This document shows positions 51,656 through 63,917 of a stretch of 64,000 nucleotides of DNA, piece after piece. A model generated the notes under the pieces. It made no database searches. It was not told where the DNA came from and saw nothing but the letters and a program-made list of their open reading frames with translations. A program made the position numbers and the translations under genes. This DNA is from Squalus acanthias (lineage: Eukaryota): NCBI GenBank assembly GCA_030390025.1, contig CM059432.1, forward strand, positions 78,866,001 to 78,930,000. Direction: 5' to 3'. How positions within the stretch are numbered: position 1 is the stretch's first letter; every line of letters begins with the position of its first letter.

Positions 51656-52705
51656 ATGGCAGCATGTCGCCGCAGGAGATACCCTCATCTCAGGGTTTAC
51701 AGACAGAGGATGAGCTTCCTCAACATGAGTGAGCAGCAGTGCCAAAGGAGGCTGAGACTTTTGCGAGAGGTTGTCGGAGACATCTGCACAATGCTGCACC
51801 AACACCTGGAGCCCAGAGGATCCGGTGGACACCCCTTACCAGTGGCTGTCAAAGTCACCACCGCACTCAACTTTTTTGCTTCAGGCTCCTTCCAGGGATC
51901 CTCAGCAGACATCAGCGGTATCTCCCAGTCGGCCGCCCACAGTTGCATCACACAGGTTACCGATGCCCTCTTTGCAAAGGCCCACAATTACATCAACTTT
52001 TCAACTGATCAAGCAAGTATAACCGCGCGTGCGGTTGGATTCTCAAATATGGCAGGCTTGCCAAGGGTGCAGGGCGTCATAGACTGCACACATGTGGCCC
52101 TGAGGGCACCCCATCACAACCCAGCTATTTTTGTCAACCACAAGGGCTTCCACTCCCTCAACGTACAGCTGGTGTGTAACCACAAGAAGGAGATTTTGCA
52201 TGTTTGCGCCAAGTACTGTGGCAGTTGCCATGACGCGTTCATCCTGCGGCAGTCTAGTGTGCCTCTGCTCTTCCAGCTGTCAAACCAACTTAACGGATGG
52301 CTACTTGGAGACAAGGGCTACCCCCTGAAGATGTGGCTAATGACACCGATCAGGAGGCCAGCGAATGAAGCTGAGGAGCACTACAACGCCAGCCACATTG
52401 CGACCAGGTCCATCATCGAACAAAGCATCGGCTTGCTGAAGATGCGATTCAGATGCCTTGACCGATCAGGTGGAGCCCTGCTGTACTTAGCAGCCAGGGT
52501 CTCCAGAATGGTCATGGTCTGCTGTGCGCTGCACAACATGGCACAGGATCAGTACATAGCCTCCTCAGATGAAGAGGAGGAGGAGGAGGAGGAGGAGGAG
52601 GAGGATGACCGAGCAGAGGCGCATCAACCAGCAGCAGCTGTAGCACGCGAGCACATTGCTGGCCGGAATGCAAGGGATGCACTCATCTTGGCCAGATTTG
52701 CTTAG
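51656..52705 (+). CDS. Harbinger (HARBI1-like) DDE transposase, open 349-aa frame
   Basis: GVIDCTH (D), LLGDKGY (D) and SIIEQSIG (E) triad in one uninterrupted ORF inside Harbinger TIRs. Confidence 0.85.
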   Translation: MAACRRRRYPHLRVYRQRMSFLNMSEQQCQRRLRLLREVVGDICTMLHQHLEPRGSGGHPLPVAVKVTTALNFFASGSFQGSSADISGISQSAAHSCITQVTDALFAKAHNYINFSTDQASITARAVGFSNMAGLPRVQGVIDCTHVALRAPHHNPAIFVNHKGFHSLNVQLVCNHKKEILHVCAKYCGSCHDAFILRQSSVPLLFQLSNQLNGWLLGDKGYPLKMWLMTPIRRPANEAEEHYNASHIATRSIIEQSIGLLKMRFRCLDRSGGALLYLAARVSRMVMVCCALHNMAQDQYIASSDEEEEEEEEEEEDDRAEAHQPAAAVAREHIAGRNARDALILARFA

Positions 52706-52963
52706 GCTGCCCATTCTAGCACATGTGCTTGGCTCCTTCTTAGCACAAGATGCACAATGGACATGACTCTCTGGCTTCCTCTCACTCTGACCACCAACCT
52801 GACCAAGCAAGTCTCGCTGAGGCCGCAATGTGGAACTTCCAAAACCGAAATCACAGAGGCCATAACGTCAACAGTTTGCCATCACCCAGAGTTTAATACA
52901 TTCACAAAGGGATGGCATTTAATTATTAAACACAAAAAAACACCCAAGTGACTGCCCATGTGA

Positions 52964-54923
52964 CTAATTGTGCTTTATCTTCCTCTTACACGTGCTCCTA
53001 CGTGGTGCTTCCCCTGTGGCTTCAGCAGAAGTGGAGGCCCCTTGCTCACTTTCATGCTGCTCCTGCTTAGACACCTTTAGCGGGCGTCCTCTGGGTTAGC
53101 GAGCCTGTGAGAGCTCGACAAAAGTCTGCTCCTCCTGCGGCTGTGCAGGGGCTGAGACGCCGATCTCAGTTGGGTGAGGAATCTGGTGGGGCTCTGACCG
53201 AGGGCAACGCAGTGACATGGAAGTGTGAGCGCTTGGAGAGGAGCCCCCACTTCCTTGTTCTCTGCCACCAACATCCCTCTCATGGGTCAGCCCCACCTCA
53301 GCGCTAGCAAGTGGCTTGAGAGCACCTTGCTGCACATCAGGGGGGCCATGAGGACCCGTGTCTACATAGCAGTCCTGCTGCTGAGGACTTCCATGAAGCT
53401 CTGGTCTCTCTGATCAATAGCTGGCCATCGTTCCTCCAGAGATGTCAGTCTATTCTGAACATTGACCATGTTTTCAACACTGTGGCGACTTATCTCCTCC
53501 ATGGCCCTGACCATCGTCTGCAGAGAGGCAGCCATCGATACCACGGAGGTAGCCAACCTTTCCGAGGAGATGCACTCATGCGCCAATAACTCCACAAGGG
53601 CTCTGCTCATATTCGAGTTGGACTCCTCCATCCTCTCCACACACGCAGTGACCCTGGAGACAAAACCTGCCAGAGACTTCTGCACCTGTTCCTGGAGTTC
53701 CAGCACCGCCCTCCTTCTGGATGGACCCGGAGGCACAGGGTCCACATGCAGCTGAGCAGAGCGAGGACAGTCCTGCGACCTCCGACGAGGACTCTCCACT
53801 GCTGTCCCTGTCTCCACCACCTGCTGATGCTCACTTGTGAGCTGTGATCCACCAGGTGACAACATTACTCTATCTCCCGAAAGTCCCACTGAGGTGTGCG
53901 TATCTGCGCTGGTGCTGGGTGCGCTTAAATCTGCTGACGCTGCGTCCTCAGAGGTTGCAGGTTCCTCTGAGGAGTCTTCCGCCTCAGGCTCTTCCTCCGG
54001 GACAGTGGGGAGGGGGGCTGTCGATGGTCCTGTGTGGGAGTAAAGGAATGAGTTAGAGATGTGACGGTAGTGTGGCATGCACATGCAAAAGCGCAGATGA
54101 TCAATTACCATTCTATAAATGTACATTCGCAGCCATTCAATAACTCCTGCAATGTAAAAGAGAAACAAAACTATTCTGTCACCAGCTTGCTCTGCTACGC
54201 CCATCTGTCCGGTCCCACTTCCAGCTCCACCTCATCGCCAACGATTTCCAGGGCCGCCTCTTCAGCATTGGTCAAATGGGCGAGGGAAGGTGGCCCTCCT
54301 CCAGTCTTCGCCATTTCCCTTTATTCTAGGCTCTCTTTTCCTGCAATGAGGGAGACAAGTGGAGTTTGAGTGAGAATGATGGAGTGAGTGTAGAGAGTCC
54401 AGAGCATAGATGCTTAGAAGGAGACAAAGATGGAATGAGGTTCCATTTCCAAGGGCCCTCCCTGTGTGTTGTTAGTTGTTGTCATTGCATAACATTGATA
54501 GGGAGTGTGAGGGCAGCATAGTCGAATAGTGAAGTGATTGTGTTCATAGAGTGAGAGGGATGGTTAAGGGTGCAAGGGTTGTAAGGGTAAAGTGGGATGT
54601 GTAGGAGGAGGTTGACAATGCAGAGTGCTGGTGATGAGAGGAGAAGGGGAGCAGAATGAGGGTCAAGCTGAAGGTATACTCACTTTGGCTGATCTTACAA
54701 GGTCAGTGAACCTCTTGCGGCACTGCAGCCATGTTCTGCTGCACACAGATCTGGAGGTTACATCCCGTGCCAGCTGCACCCAGACAGCCTTGGTTTGTGT
54801 GGGAGGCTTCTTCCTCCCAGATGAGGGGAAGAGCACCTCCTTGCTCGCTCTTACCCCCTCAACCAAAATACTCAGAGACTCATCGGAGAACCTTGGAGAG
54901 GCCTTGGCTCTGGAGTTGGCCAT
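52964..54923 (-). pseudogene. Harbinger Myb/SANT gene, exons 54684-54923, 54183-54340, 52964-54029; disabled
   Basis: MANSRAKASPRFSDESL..AVWVQLA..QCRKRFTDL then GTGAGT. Exon 2 has an in-frame TAG and is 158 nt versus 160 in copy 1; exon 3 is interrupted near 53362. Confidence 0.85.
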
Positions 54924-55547
54924 CTCTTCTCTGCGAAGTGTTCAGCAGCCACAAAACAGCAGTGAAATGAGGCAAGGAAGCAAGCAGCCCTTAAATGAAG
55001 CTGCATAAGTGGCGTCAGCAGAGGCAAGTTTCAGTCCAAAAAGAGTAATTGGCCCAGGGGAACCCACACGCCCGGAGTTAATTGGCCAATTATGGGAAAA
55101 TCCCAACTTTTTCCCACCTGACAGTGGAGGCGGGTTCAGAACCCACCCAAACCGAAACCCGCTCCCAACCCGCCTCCAATGGGAAAATCGCGCCCAACAT
55201 TTCAGGTCGATGATGAAAGGTCATCGACCTGAAAGGTCATCAACCTGAAACGTTAACTCTGTTTCTCTCTCCACAGAAGCTGCATAACCTGCTGAGTATT
55301 TCCAGCATTTTCTGTTTTTATTTCAGATTTCCACCATCCACAGTATTTTGCTTTTGTATGGGTCCTTTTATCTTTGATAATCAGCACATTTTAGGGCTAG
55401 CAGTTTTCTGCAATTGTTAACCCTGAGCAATCACGTGAATATAAAGGCATAATTTTTTGCAGAGACATTTCTCCAGTGTCCAGAATTCCAGCATTGATTC
55501 ACCTAAACAGAAATTCTTTGAGGCAAGCAACCTCAAAGCATCTAATA

Positions 55548-55960
55548 AAAAAAAAATTGCATTTATATAGCGCCTTTCACGACCTCAGTACATCCCAAAG
55601 TGCTTTCCAGCCAATGAAGTACATTTTAAAGTGTTGTAATGTAGGAAATGCAGCAACCAATTTGCGCACAGCAAGCTCCCACAAACAGCAATGTGATAAT
55701 CTGTTTTATTGTGATGTTGATTGAGGAATAAATATTGGCCAGGACACCGGGGATAACTCCCCTGCTTTTCTTCAAAATAGTGCCATAGGATCTTTTACGT
55801 CCACCTGAGAGAGCAGACGGCACCTCTAACAGTGCAGCACTCCCTCAGTACTGCACTGGAGTGTCAGCCTAGATTTTTGTGCTCAAGCCTCTGGCGTGGG
55901 GCTTAAACCTACAACTTTCATGACTCAGAGGCGAGAGTGCTACCAACTGAGCCACGGCTG
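55548..55960 (-). mobile_element. Deu-domain SINE
   Basis: aatattggccaggacaccggggataactcccctgc..aatagtgccataggatc core; tRNA-like head near 55895-55960. Confidence 0.75.
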
Positions 55961-56248
55961 GCACAATGGGCTGGGTTTTGTCATTGGGGGCGGGCTGGGG
56001 GCGTGTCAGGTGGTCGGGGTGTCAGGACCCTGCCTCCAATGTGAGGCGGGACAAAAGTGCGATTTTGCCCTAATTGGGCACTTGATTTCCAGCGTGTGGG
56101 AACCCCTGGCCCAATGAGTCTTTTGATACTGAAACTTGCCTCCGATTACATCATCAGTGCAGCTGGATTTAAGGCCTGCAAGCAGCCTTGGTTCTTTTTC
56201 AGCCTTACAACTTTATGACCATACTTCTGAGGGATTCCTACTGCAATT

Positions 56249-58244
56249 ATGTCCAGCACCAGGGCAAAGTGTGCACCCAGATTCGATGAGGCCTCCCTCC
56301 AAGCTCTGGTAGACGGAGCAAGAGCAAACAAGGAAATGCTCTTTCCTTCCTCAGGGAGGAAAAAGCCTCCACAACAGACCAAAGCTGTGTGGCTGCAAGT
56401 GGCACAGGAGGTGAATGCCATTTCAGTGTGCAGCAGAACCTGGCTGCAGTGCCAAAAGAGGTTTCATGACTTTCTCCGCACAGGAAAAGTGAGTATTCCA
56501 TCCCCATGACCCTCAATCTGATCCCCATCGCCTCTCATCACCAGCACTCTGCTTTGTCAACCTCCTCCTCCACATCCCACTTCACCCTTATATCTCTGCA
56601 CCCTTACCCATTCCCCCTCTCTGTATGTTCACATTCACTTAACTATTCGACTATGGAGCCCTCACACTCCCTATCACTGTGATGCTATGAAAACAATTTA
56701 CAACACACAGGGAGGGCCCTTGGTCTTGCCACCACACTCCATCTTTGTGTCCTTCTAAGCATCTATGCTATGGATTCTCTGCACTCACTCCTTCATTCTC
56801 ATTCAAACTCCACTTGTCTCCCTCATTGCAGGAAAAGAGAGCCCACAATAAGAGGGAGAGGGTGAGGACAGGAGGAGGGCCACCCTCAATAGCTCAGCTC
56901 ACCACTTCGGAGGAGGCGGCCCTGGAGATCGTGGGAGTGGAGGAGGATGCGCAAGTGGGGGACGGAAAACGGGTGCATCAGAGCAAGCTGGTGACAGAAT
57001 AGTTTTTCATCTCTCTCATTGACATTGCATGAGTGACTGATCTTGATTCTGATGCTCTAACAGATTGACTTATGATCATCTGCACAATTCAATGTGCATG
57101 CAACGTTTATCTCACATGTCTAACTCTTTCCATTACTCCCCCGCAGGACCATCGACAGCTCCCCTCCCCACTGTCCAGGAGGAACAGCCTGAGCCCCGAG
57201 ACACCTCAAAGGAAGCTGCAACCTCTGAGGGCGCAGCGTCAGCAGAATTAAGCGCACCCAGCGCCAGCGCAGACACTCACACATCGGTGGGACCTTCGAG
57301 ACATAGAGTAGAGTTGTCACCTGGTGTATCACAGCTCACAAGTGAGCATCAGCAGATGGTGGAGACAGGGACAGCAGTGGAGAGTCCTCGTCGGAGGGCG
57401 CAGGACTCTCCCAGCTCGGCTCCGCTGCATGTCGACCCTGTGCCTCCGGGTCCATCCAGAGCTGGAACTCCAGGAACAGGTGCAGGAGTCTCTGGCAGGT
57501 TTTGTCTCCAGGGTTGCTGCGAGTGTGGAGTGAATGGAGGAGTCCATCGCTAACATGAGCAGAGCCTTTGTGGAGGCGTTGGCGCATGAACGCATCACCA
57601 CGGAAAGGATGGCAACCTCCGTGGAAAGGATGGCTACCTCCGTGGTAAGGCTGGCTCCCATAGAGGAGAGGATGGCTACGACAGAGGAGAGGTTGACTAC
57701 GGCCATGGAGGAGCTTAGTCACCAGGGTCTTGAAAACATGGTCATTGTTCATAATAGAATGACATCTCTTGAGGAGCGATGGTCAGCTATTGAGCAGAGA
57801 AACCAGACCTTCATGGAAGTCCTCTGGAGTAGGACTTCCAGTGCAGAAATGGGTCCTCATGGCCCCCCTGAAGAGCAGCAAGGTGCTGTCAAGCCAATTG
57901 CTAGCTCTGAAGTGGGGCTGACCCATGAGAGGGATGTTGGTGGCAGAGAACAAGGAAGTGGGGGCTACTCTCCAAGCGCTCACACGACCATGCCACTGCA
58001 GAGCCCTTGGTCAGAGCCCCACCAGATTCCTCACCCAACTGAGATCGGCGTCTCAGTCCCTGCACAGCCGCAGGAGCAGCAGACTGTTGCCGAGCCCTCA
58101 CAGGCTGGCAACCCCAGAGGACGCCCGCAAAAGGTGTCAAGGCAGGAGCAGCAAGAAAGTGAGCAAGGGGCCTCCACATCTGCTGAAGCCACAGGGGAAG
58201 CACCACGTAGGAGCATGTGTAAGAGGAAGATAATGCACAAGTAG
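56249..58244 (+). pseudogene. Harbinger Myb/SANT gene, exons 56249-56488, 56832-56990, 57147-58244; frameshifted
   Basis: MSSTRAKCAPRFDEASL..QCQKRFHDFL then GTGAGT; EKRAHNKRERVRTGGG; heptad-like ERMATSV repeats; NPRGRPQK; TGA at 57531. Confidence 0.87.
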
Positions 58245-58502
58245 TTACAAGGGTAGTCACTTGGGTGTTATGTTGTGTTTGTTTTTGAAATGCCATCAGT
58301 TGCTTGTTGTGATAAAAAATTCTGATGGCAAACTGTTGAAGTTGTGGCCTGTGTCATTTCGCAAATGGGACTTCCACATTGAGGGCTTAGGGTGACTTGC
58401 AATTGTCAGTATGGTGGTCAGAGTGATAGGAATCCGCAGGTTCTTGGCCATTGTCGATGCTCTGGTAAGAAGGTGTGAGGCAAAAGTGTTTGATTAGCTA
58501 GG

Positions 58503-59577
58503 CTAAGCAAATCTGGCCACGATGAGTGCGTCCTTTGCATCCTGGGCAGCAATGTGCTCGCGTGCTGCTGCCGCTGGTTGATGTGCCTCCGCAAGCTGTT
58601 CGTTGTCACTCTCCTCCTCCTCCTCCTCATCTGAGGAGGCTATGCGATGAGCCACTTGTTCCTCAGGCATCTGCAAGCCACGATGCTGTGCCATGTTGTG
58701 AAGTGCACAGTAGACCACGACGATTCTGGAGACCCTGGCTGCTGAGTACTGCAGGGCTCCACCTGATCTATCAAGGCATCTGAAGCGCATCTTCAGCAAG
58801 CCGATGGTTTGCTCGATTATGGATCTGGTGGAAATGTGGCTGGAGTTGTAGCGCTCCTCAGCTTCGTTGGATGGGCTCCTCAACGGCGTCATTAGCCACG
58901 TCTTCAGGGGATAGCCCTTGTCTCCAAGTAGCCATCCGAAAAGTTGGTCTGGTGGACTGAAGAGCGGAGGCACACTAGACTGGCGCAGGATGAAGGAGTC
59001 ATGGCAACTGCCAGGGTACTTGGCGCAAACATGCAAAATTTCCTTCTTGTGGTCACACACCAGCTTGCACGTTGAGGGAGTGGAAGCCCTTGCGGTTGAC
59101 AAAAATACCTGGATTGTGATGGGGTGCCTTAAGGGCCACATGTGTGCAGTCAACGACGCCCTGCACCCTTGGAAAGCCTGCCAGATTAGTGAATCCAACC
59201 GCACATGCGCTTACACTTGCTTGATCCTTGGAGAAGTTGATATAATTGTGCGCGATGGCAAAAAGGGTATCAGTTACCTGCGTGATACAAGTGTGTGCGG
59301 CCGCCTGGGAGACGCCGCTGATGTCTGCTGCTGATCCCTGGAATGAGCCTGAAGCAAAAAAGTTGAGTGCGGTGGTTACTTTGACGGCCACTGGTAAGGG
59401 GTGTCCACCCGCTCCTCTGGGCTCCAGGTCTTGCTGCAGCATTGCGCAGATGTCACCCACTACCTCTCGCGAAAGTCTGAGCCTCCTTTGGCACTGCTGC
59501 TCAGTCATGTTGAGGTAGCTCATCCTCTGTCTGTAAACCCTGTTTTGGGGGTATCTCCTGCGGCGACGTGCTTCCAT
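58503..59577 (-). pseudogene. Harbinger transposase with one frameshift near 59065
   Basis: ORF 59053-59577 (GVVDCTH) joins ORF 58503-59204 (YPGSCHD, LLGDKGY, IIEQTIG, ALHNM) across a 1-nt insertion in NVQ-L. Confidence 0.9.
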
Positions 59578-60299
59578 GCGCTGGCGCCTTCTGGCCTGTG
59601 CAGCTTCAGGTGGGTGAGCAGCAGCTTGGCGCTCCTATTGTTGCTCCTGCTGTTGGTGCTGCTATTGTTCAGGATTCTGCTGCTGCCGCGGCTGGTCTTT
59701 GTCCGAATCTGATGTCCAGGAGGAAAGGAAATAAATGGTTCCCATTCTTCTGGTATATACCTCAGCTGAGGGAGCGCTCAGTCAAGGTGGGGAGAGGGGT
59801 TTCCCAGGAGGTCACACTGGAAATGGGTGTCAGGCTCCAAACTTCCACAACAATGAGTAGGCCTGCTAAAAGCTCCCCCAGACCTGAGACAACAAAGTTC
59901 TGATAATTGCTAAAAACTCCTTTTTAATGGTGGAGCTGCAGTTGTTAGTAAGCCATCCACTTGTGAGGCCGCCAGGATTAACTGGCGTGTTCCAGAGGAG
60001 ATGTGCAGCATGGGGAAAAAGTGTTAAATTCAGAAAGGCCTCTCAAAATGGGATTATAGAGGCACTTAACTGGTTGTTAAGGGCCTTAAGGGCCTATTCC
60101 GCCTCTTGGAGATGGGATGGAAACAGGGTCTGAAACCCCGATTCTGGGAAAATTGGTCAGAGGCAGGCTGGAGGTGGGATCGGAGCCGCCCGCCATTTTT
60201 TGCGATTTTAACACCTCACACGCCTCCAATCCCACCTCCTCGGGCCTGGCAAAATCGAGCCCAATGATAAAGGGATGGTAATAATCTATCTGTGGCTGC

Positions 60300-61092
60300 T
60301 TTTATGCAAGTGAAGGTGTGAGGCCATCCACTTTGGATCCAGGAAAGACAAATCACAGTATTTTCTAAATGGTGAGAGACTAGAAACTGTGGAGAAGCAA
60401 AAGGATTTGGATGTCCATGTACACAAATCATTAAAAGCTAGTGGACAGGTACAAAAAGTAATCAAAAAGGCTAATGGAATGTTGGCCTTTATCACAAGGG
60501 GTCTGGAATACAAACCAAAGGAAGTTATACTTCGATTGAACAGAGCCTTGGTCAGACCCCATCCGGAGTACTGCATTCAGTTCTGGGCACAGCACCTCAG
60601 GAAGGATATATTGGCTTTGGAAGGAGTTGCAACATACATTCACCAGAATGATAAAGGGTTTAATTATGAGGACAGATTGCATAACTTGGCTTGTTTTCCC
60701 TTGAGTATAAAAGATTGAGGGTGATCTAATCGAGGTATTTAAAATTATAAAGGCATTTGATAGGATATATAAAGAGAATCTATTTCCTGTAGAGCGGGAG
60801 TCCAGAACAAGAGGGCATAATCTTAAAATTACTGCCTGGCCATTCAGGAGTGAAATTAGGAAGCACTTCTTTACACAAAGTGTAGTAGAAATCTGGAACT
60901 GTTTGAAGCCCAAAAGGCTGTGGATGCTGGGTCAACTGAAGCTTTCAAGACTGAGATCAATAGATTTTTATTCGGTAAGGATATCAAGGGATATGGGTAA
61001 AGGTGGGTAAATGGGGTTGAGGTACGTATGAGCCATGATCTAATTGAATGACAGAACAGGTTTGAGGGGTTGATGGCCTTCTCCTGTTCCAA
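60300..61092 (+). mobile_element. CR1 3' fragment
   Basis: EKQKDLDVHVHKSLK..KANGMLAFITRGLEYK..LVRPHPEYCIQFW, followed by a 3' UTR. Confidence 0.88.
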
Positions 61093-61394
61093 TGAAAAAC
61101 AACTACTTTGGAACTTTAGAACTATGTAGATAAAATTGCTCGCCTAGTGCAATAAGTTCTCCCTGTGTAGGAGGAGCGTGTGTGATTCAGATGGCTATTG
61201 TTTATATAAACTATAAGCTTATTTGCTATAAGCTGCCTTATTTGTTCCTTCTCCTGCCATGCCACAGTCGTGGAGCACCTCTGCAGGATGATAATAATCT
61301 GTGTGAGAGCAGACTTTAAGGTACAGCTGAGGAGTATAAAGCCCAGCATGCTGCTTCTCTCCAGTCAAACCCCCAGCCATAGCATTCATGAGAG

Positions 61395-61632
61395 AAATTC
61401 CCATCCAAGTCACACACCATCCTGACTTGGAAATATATCACTGTTGCTTCATCGTCGCTGGGTCAAAATCCTGGAACTCCCTCTCTAACAGCACTGTGGG
61501 AGTATCTTCAACACACGGACTGCAGCGGTTCAAGAAGGCGGCTCACCATCACCTTCTCAAGGGCAATTAGGGATGGGCAATAAATGCTGGCCTTGCCAGT
61601 GACGCCCACATCCCAGGAACAAATTTAAAAAA
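61395..61632 (+). mobile_element. 3' end of the LINE family seen at 11231
   Basis: AGSKSWNSL..GLQRFKKAAHHHLLKGN and gggcaattagggatgggcaataaatgctggcc. Confidence 0.82.
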
Positions 61633-62115
61633 ACTGTCTAGGCTTGGTCACTGTCCCTTGGGGCACCATGCTGCACTGCAGTTATGTAAATCCCTCATGC
61701 ATTACTGTGGAGAGGTCAGCGATGAACTTGTTGTTATCTACAGCAAATTAATGGGAACGTGTATTTAAACTTTGCAAGTGGTCTGGAGGGTCCATGATAT
61801 GTACCTAAACACAAGAGGTTTGGACACTTTTAATCTAACTGTTTTGTTTTAGAAATCTGTTTCATTTAATAAAAATATTAAGCAATGTTCACGCATGTTC
61901 TTGGATAGTGGCAGGTCGCACGACCTGTGTTATCGACTGGCTGCGGGCCACATACCATTATGTCTACTATTTCAGGAATTCTAGTGACATCATATTGCAG
62001 ATGTGGTTATACAAATGAGGTATTCTTGAGCAGTTGGACTCTGTTCAACTGAAGTGGAGTTTTGAATCAATTGCCAGTATAATCTCCGGAGCCATGTCCA
62101 AATTATTTCGAACCA

Positions 62116-62742
62116 GGGGGCGATTTTAATCCTACCCACCCGGCAGGAACCAGGCAGATGGGCAGTTAAAATGCTCCACACTACTTACCTGTTGGAAAGC
62201 CGCTTGATCACGCTGACCATGATTTTACTCAGCCTTCTGGACAGGTAGTTAAGCCGCCCACCCAAAATCGGCATGGTCCTTATCTTGATTCTTTTTTCCC
62301 CCCTTATCCTGCCCTTCTGGGAACATTCTAATATGTAGATTAGAGTCCAATGACATAATCTGGCCCTGACTATGATTTTAACTCAGGTCTGAGCAGGGAA
62401 GTCACCATGGCCTTCCCTCCAGGCTGGAATGAGTCGAGACCTGATGAGAAGATGAAGAGGTCTAAACAGGTAGGCTTTTTACTTTCCTTTGTGGTGCCAG
62501 AAGGAGCAGGAGTGTTCCTCCAGGCCCCACAAGAAAAGTCACAGCCTCTTCTGCCTTTCCTACCGCGAAACCCTCCTGGATCCCCCTTCCCCACACCTAA
62601 TTTCTGGAGGCCAGACCGGCGGAATGTTAATGAGGCCCGGGAGTTAAAATACCCCGGGCCTGTTTTCTGCTGCAATCGATGAATTTCTAACTCACCCCAC
62701 CGCCCACCCACTCAAAACCCGCCTGGAGTTAAAATTGGGGCT
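62116..62742. mobile_element. Harbinger-type MITE
   Basis: GGGGCGATTTTAATCC versus revcomp GCCCCAATTTTAACTCC; cccgcc subterminal motifs. Confidence 0.65.
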
Positions 62743-62917
62743 TAGTTATTTATTCTGCTTACTTTCTGTTGCCATGTAACTTGTTCTACTTCACTATACA
62801 ATTTTAGCTGTGCCCTGGAATTTCTATTACCAAATTTTGCTTTTTCGCTTAATCTTCCCAAGCCCACAAAACTCATAACTTTCATTACTGTAGACCCAGT
62901 TGACCACCATTGTAGAA

Positions 62918-63597
62918 TTTTTTTTTTAATTCATTCACATGATGTGGGCGTCGCTGGCAAGGCCAGCATTTATTGCCCATCCCTAATTGCCCTTGAGAAG
63001 GTGGTGGTGAGCTGCCTTCTTGAACCGCTGCAGTCCGTGTGGTGAAGGTACTCCCACAGTGCTGTTAGGGAGGGAGTTCCAGGATTTTGACCCAGCGACG
63101 ATGAAGGAATGGTGATATAGTCAGGAGGTGTGTGACTTGGAGGGGAACTTGGAGGTGGTGGAGTTCCCAAGCACTTGCTGCCCTTCTAGGTGGTAGAGGT
63201 TACGGGTTTGGGAGGTGCTGTCGAAGAAGCCTTGGTGAGATGCTGCAGTGCATCCTGTAGATGGTACACACTGCAGCCATGGTACGCCAGTGGTGGAGGG
63301 AGTGAATGTTTAAGGTGGTGGATGGGGTGCCAATCAAGCGGGCTGCTTTGTCCTGCATGGTGTCGAGCTTCTTGAGTCTTGTTGGAGCGGTACTCATCCA
63401 GGCAAGTGGAGAGTATTCCATCACACTCCTGATGTGTACCTTGTAGATGGTGGAAAGGCTTTGGGGAGTCAGAAGGAGGTGAGACACTCGCCACAGAATA
63501 CTCAGCCTCTGACCTGCTCTTGTATGGCTGGTCCAGTTAAGTTTCTGGTCAATGGTGACCCCCAGGATGTTGATGTTGGGGAATTTGGCGATGGTAG
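62918..63597 (-). mobile_element. 3' fragment of the LINE family seen at 11231
   Basis: LSTIYKVHIRSVMEYSPLAW..KKLDTMQDKAARLIG, collinear with 11231-11920; poly-T at the left end. Confidence 0.88.
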
Positions 63598-63917
63598 TTT
63601 GGTTGAATTAAAGCATAAATTGTCATCTTAGCAGTATACTGATTATTATATAGTTCTGCTCACAGTTTAACCTTTAAATTGATGGCCATAGCACTTGCTG
63701 CAGTAACTTGGAGAGGCTCTTTTCATGCAGCAATAAAAAAGTTATCAGTACTGTGGCAGATGTTACTGAACTAGAAATTTCTCTGTACATAGTTTTTTGG
63801 GTAGGGGTTGAAGAGAAATTTGGTAACGGTAGCTGAATGTCATTATTTCTGTCCCTTTGAAAAGTTTGAGGGTGATCTTGACTTTGTGCAATAGTGTAAA
63901 ACGGGTAGAGCAAATCA

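Larger units (their letters stand above)
48739..55195 (+). mobile_element. PIF/Harbinger transposon copy 3 with an internal CR1 insertion
   Basis: TIR GGGGGCAATTTTCCC versus revcomp GGGCGCGATTTTCCC; flanks aat/aac; convergent transposase and Myb genes. Confidence 0.9.
48671..55357. mobile_element. Family A Penelope-like palindrome split by Harbinger copy 3 (pieces 48671-48738 and 55196-55357)
   Basis: 14-bp TSD ATGGGTCCTTTTAT (48657-48670 and 55358-55371); ...cagagttaa|...|aacatttcaggtcga rejoins the family A consensus. Confidence 0.8.
55968..60262 (-). mobile_element. PIF/Harbinger transposon copy 4, full length (4295 bp), opposite orientation
   Basis: TIR GGGCTGGGTTTTG versus revcomp GGGCTCGATTTTG; exact TSD AAT (55965-55967 and 60263-60265). 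Confidence 0.92.

Noticed and set aside
51656..52705. Host HARBI1 gene
   Set aside because: It lies within TIRs next to a Myb partner and has three close paralogues in the window, so it is a transposon copy. No gene symbol assigned.
55208..55260. Functional tandem hammerhead dimer
   Set aside because: The first core reads ATGATGA rather than CTGANGA and the repeat duplicates only stem II and GAAA, so it looks like a broken remnant.
56249..58244. Host NAIF1 or MSANTD gene
   Set aside because: It is inside a TIR/TSD-bounded element, is multicopy and is disabled by frameshifts and a stop.
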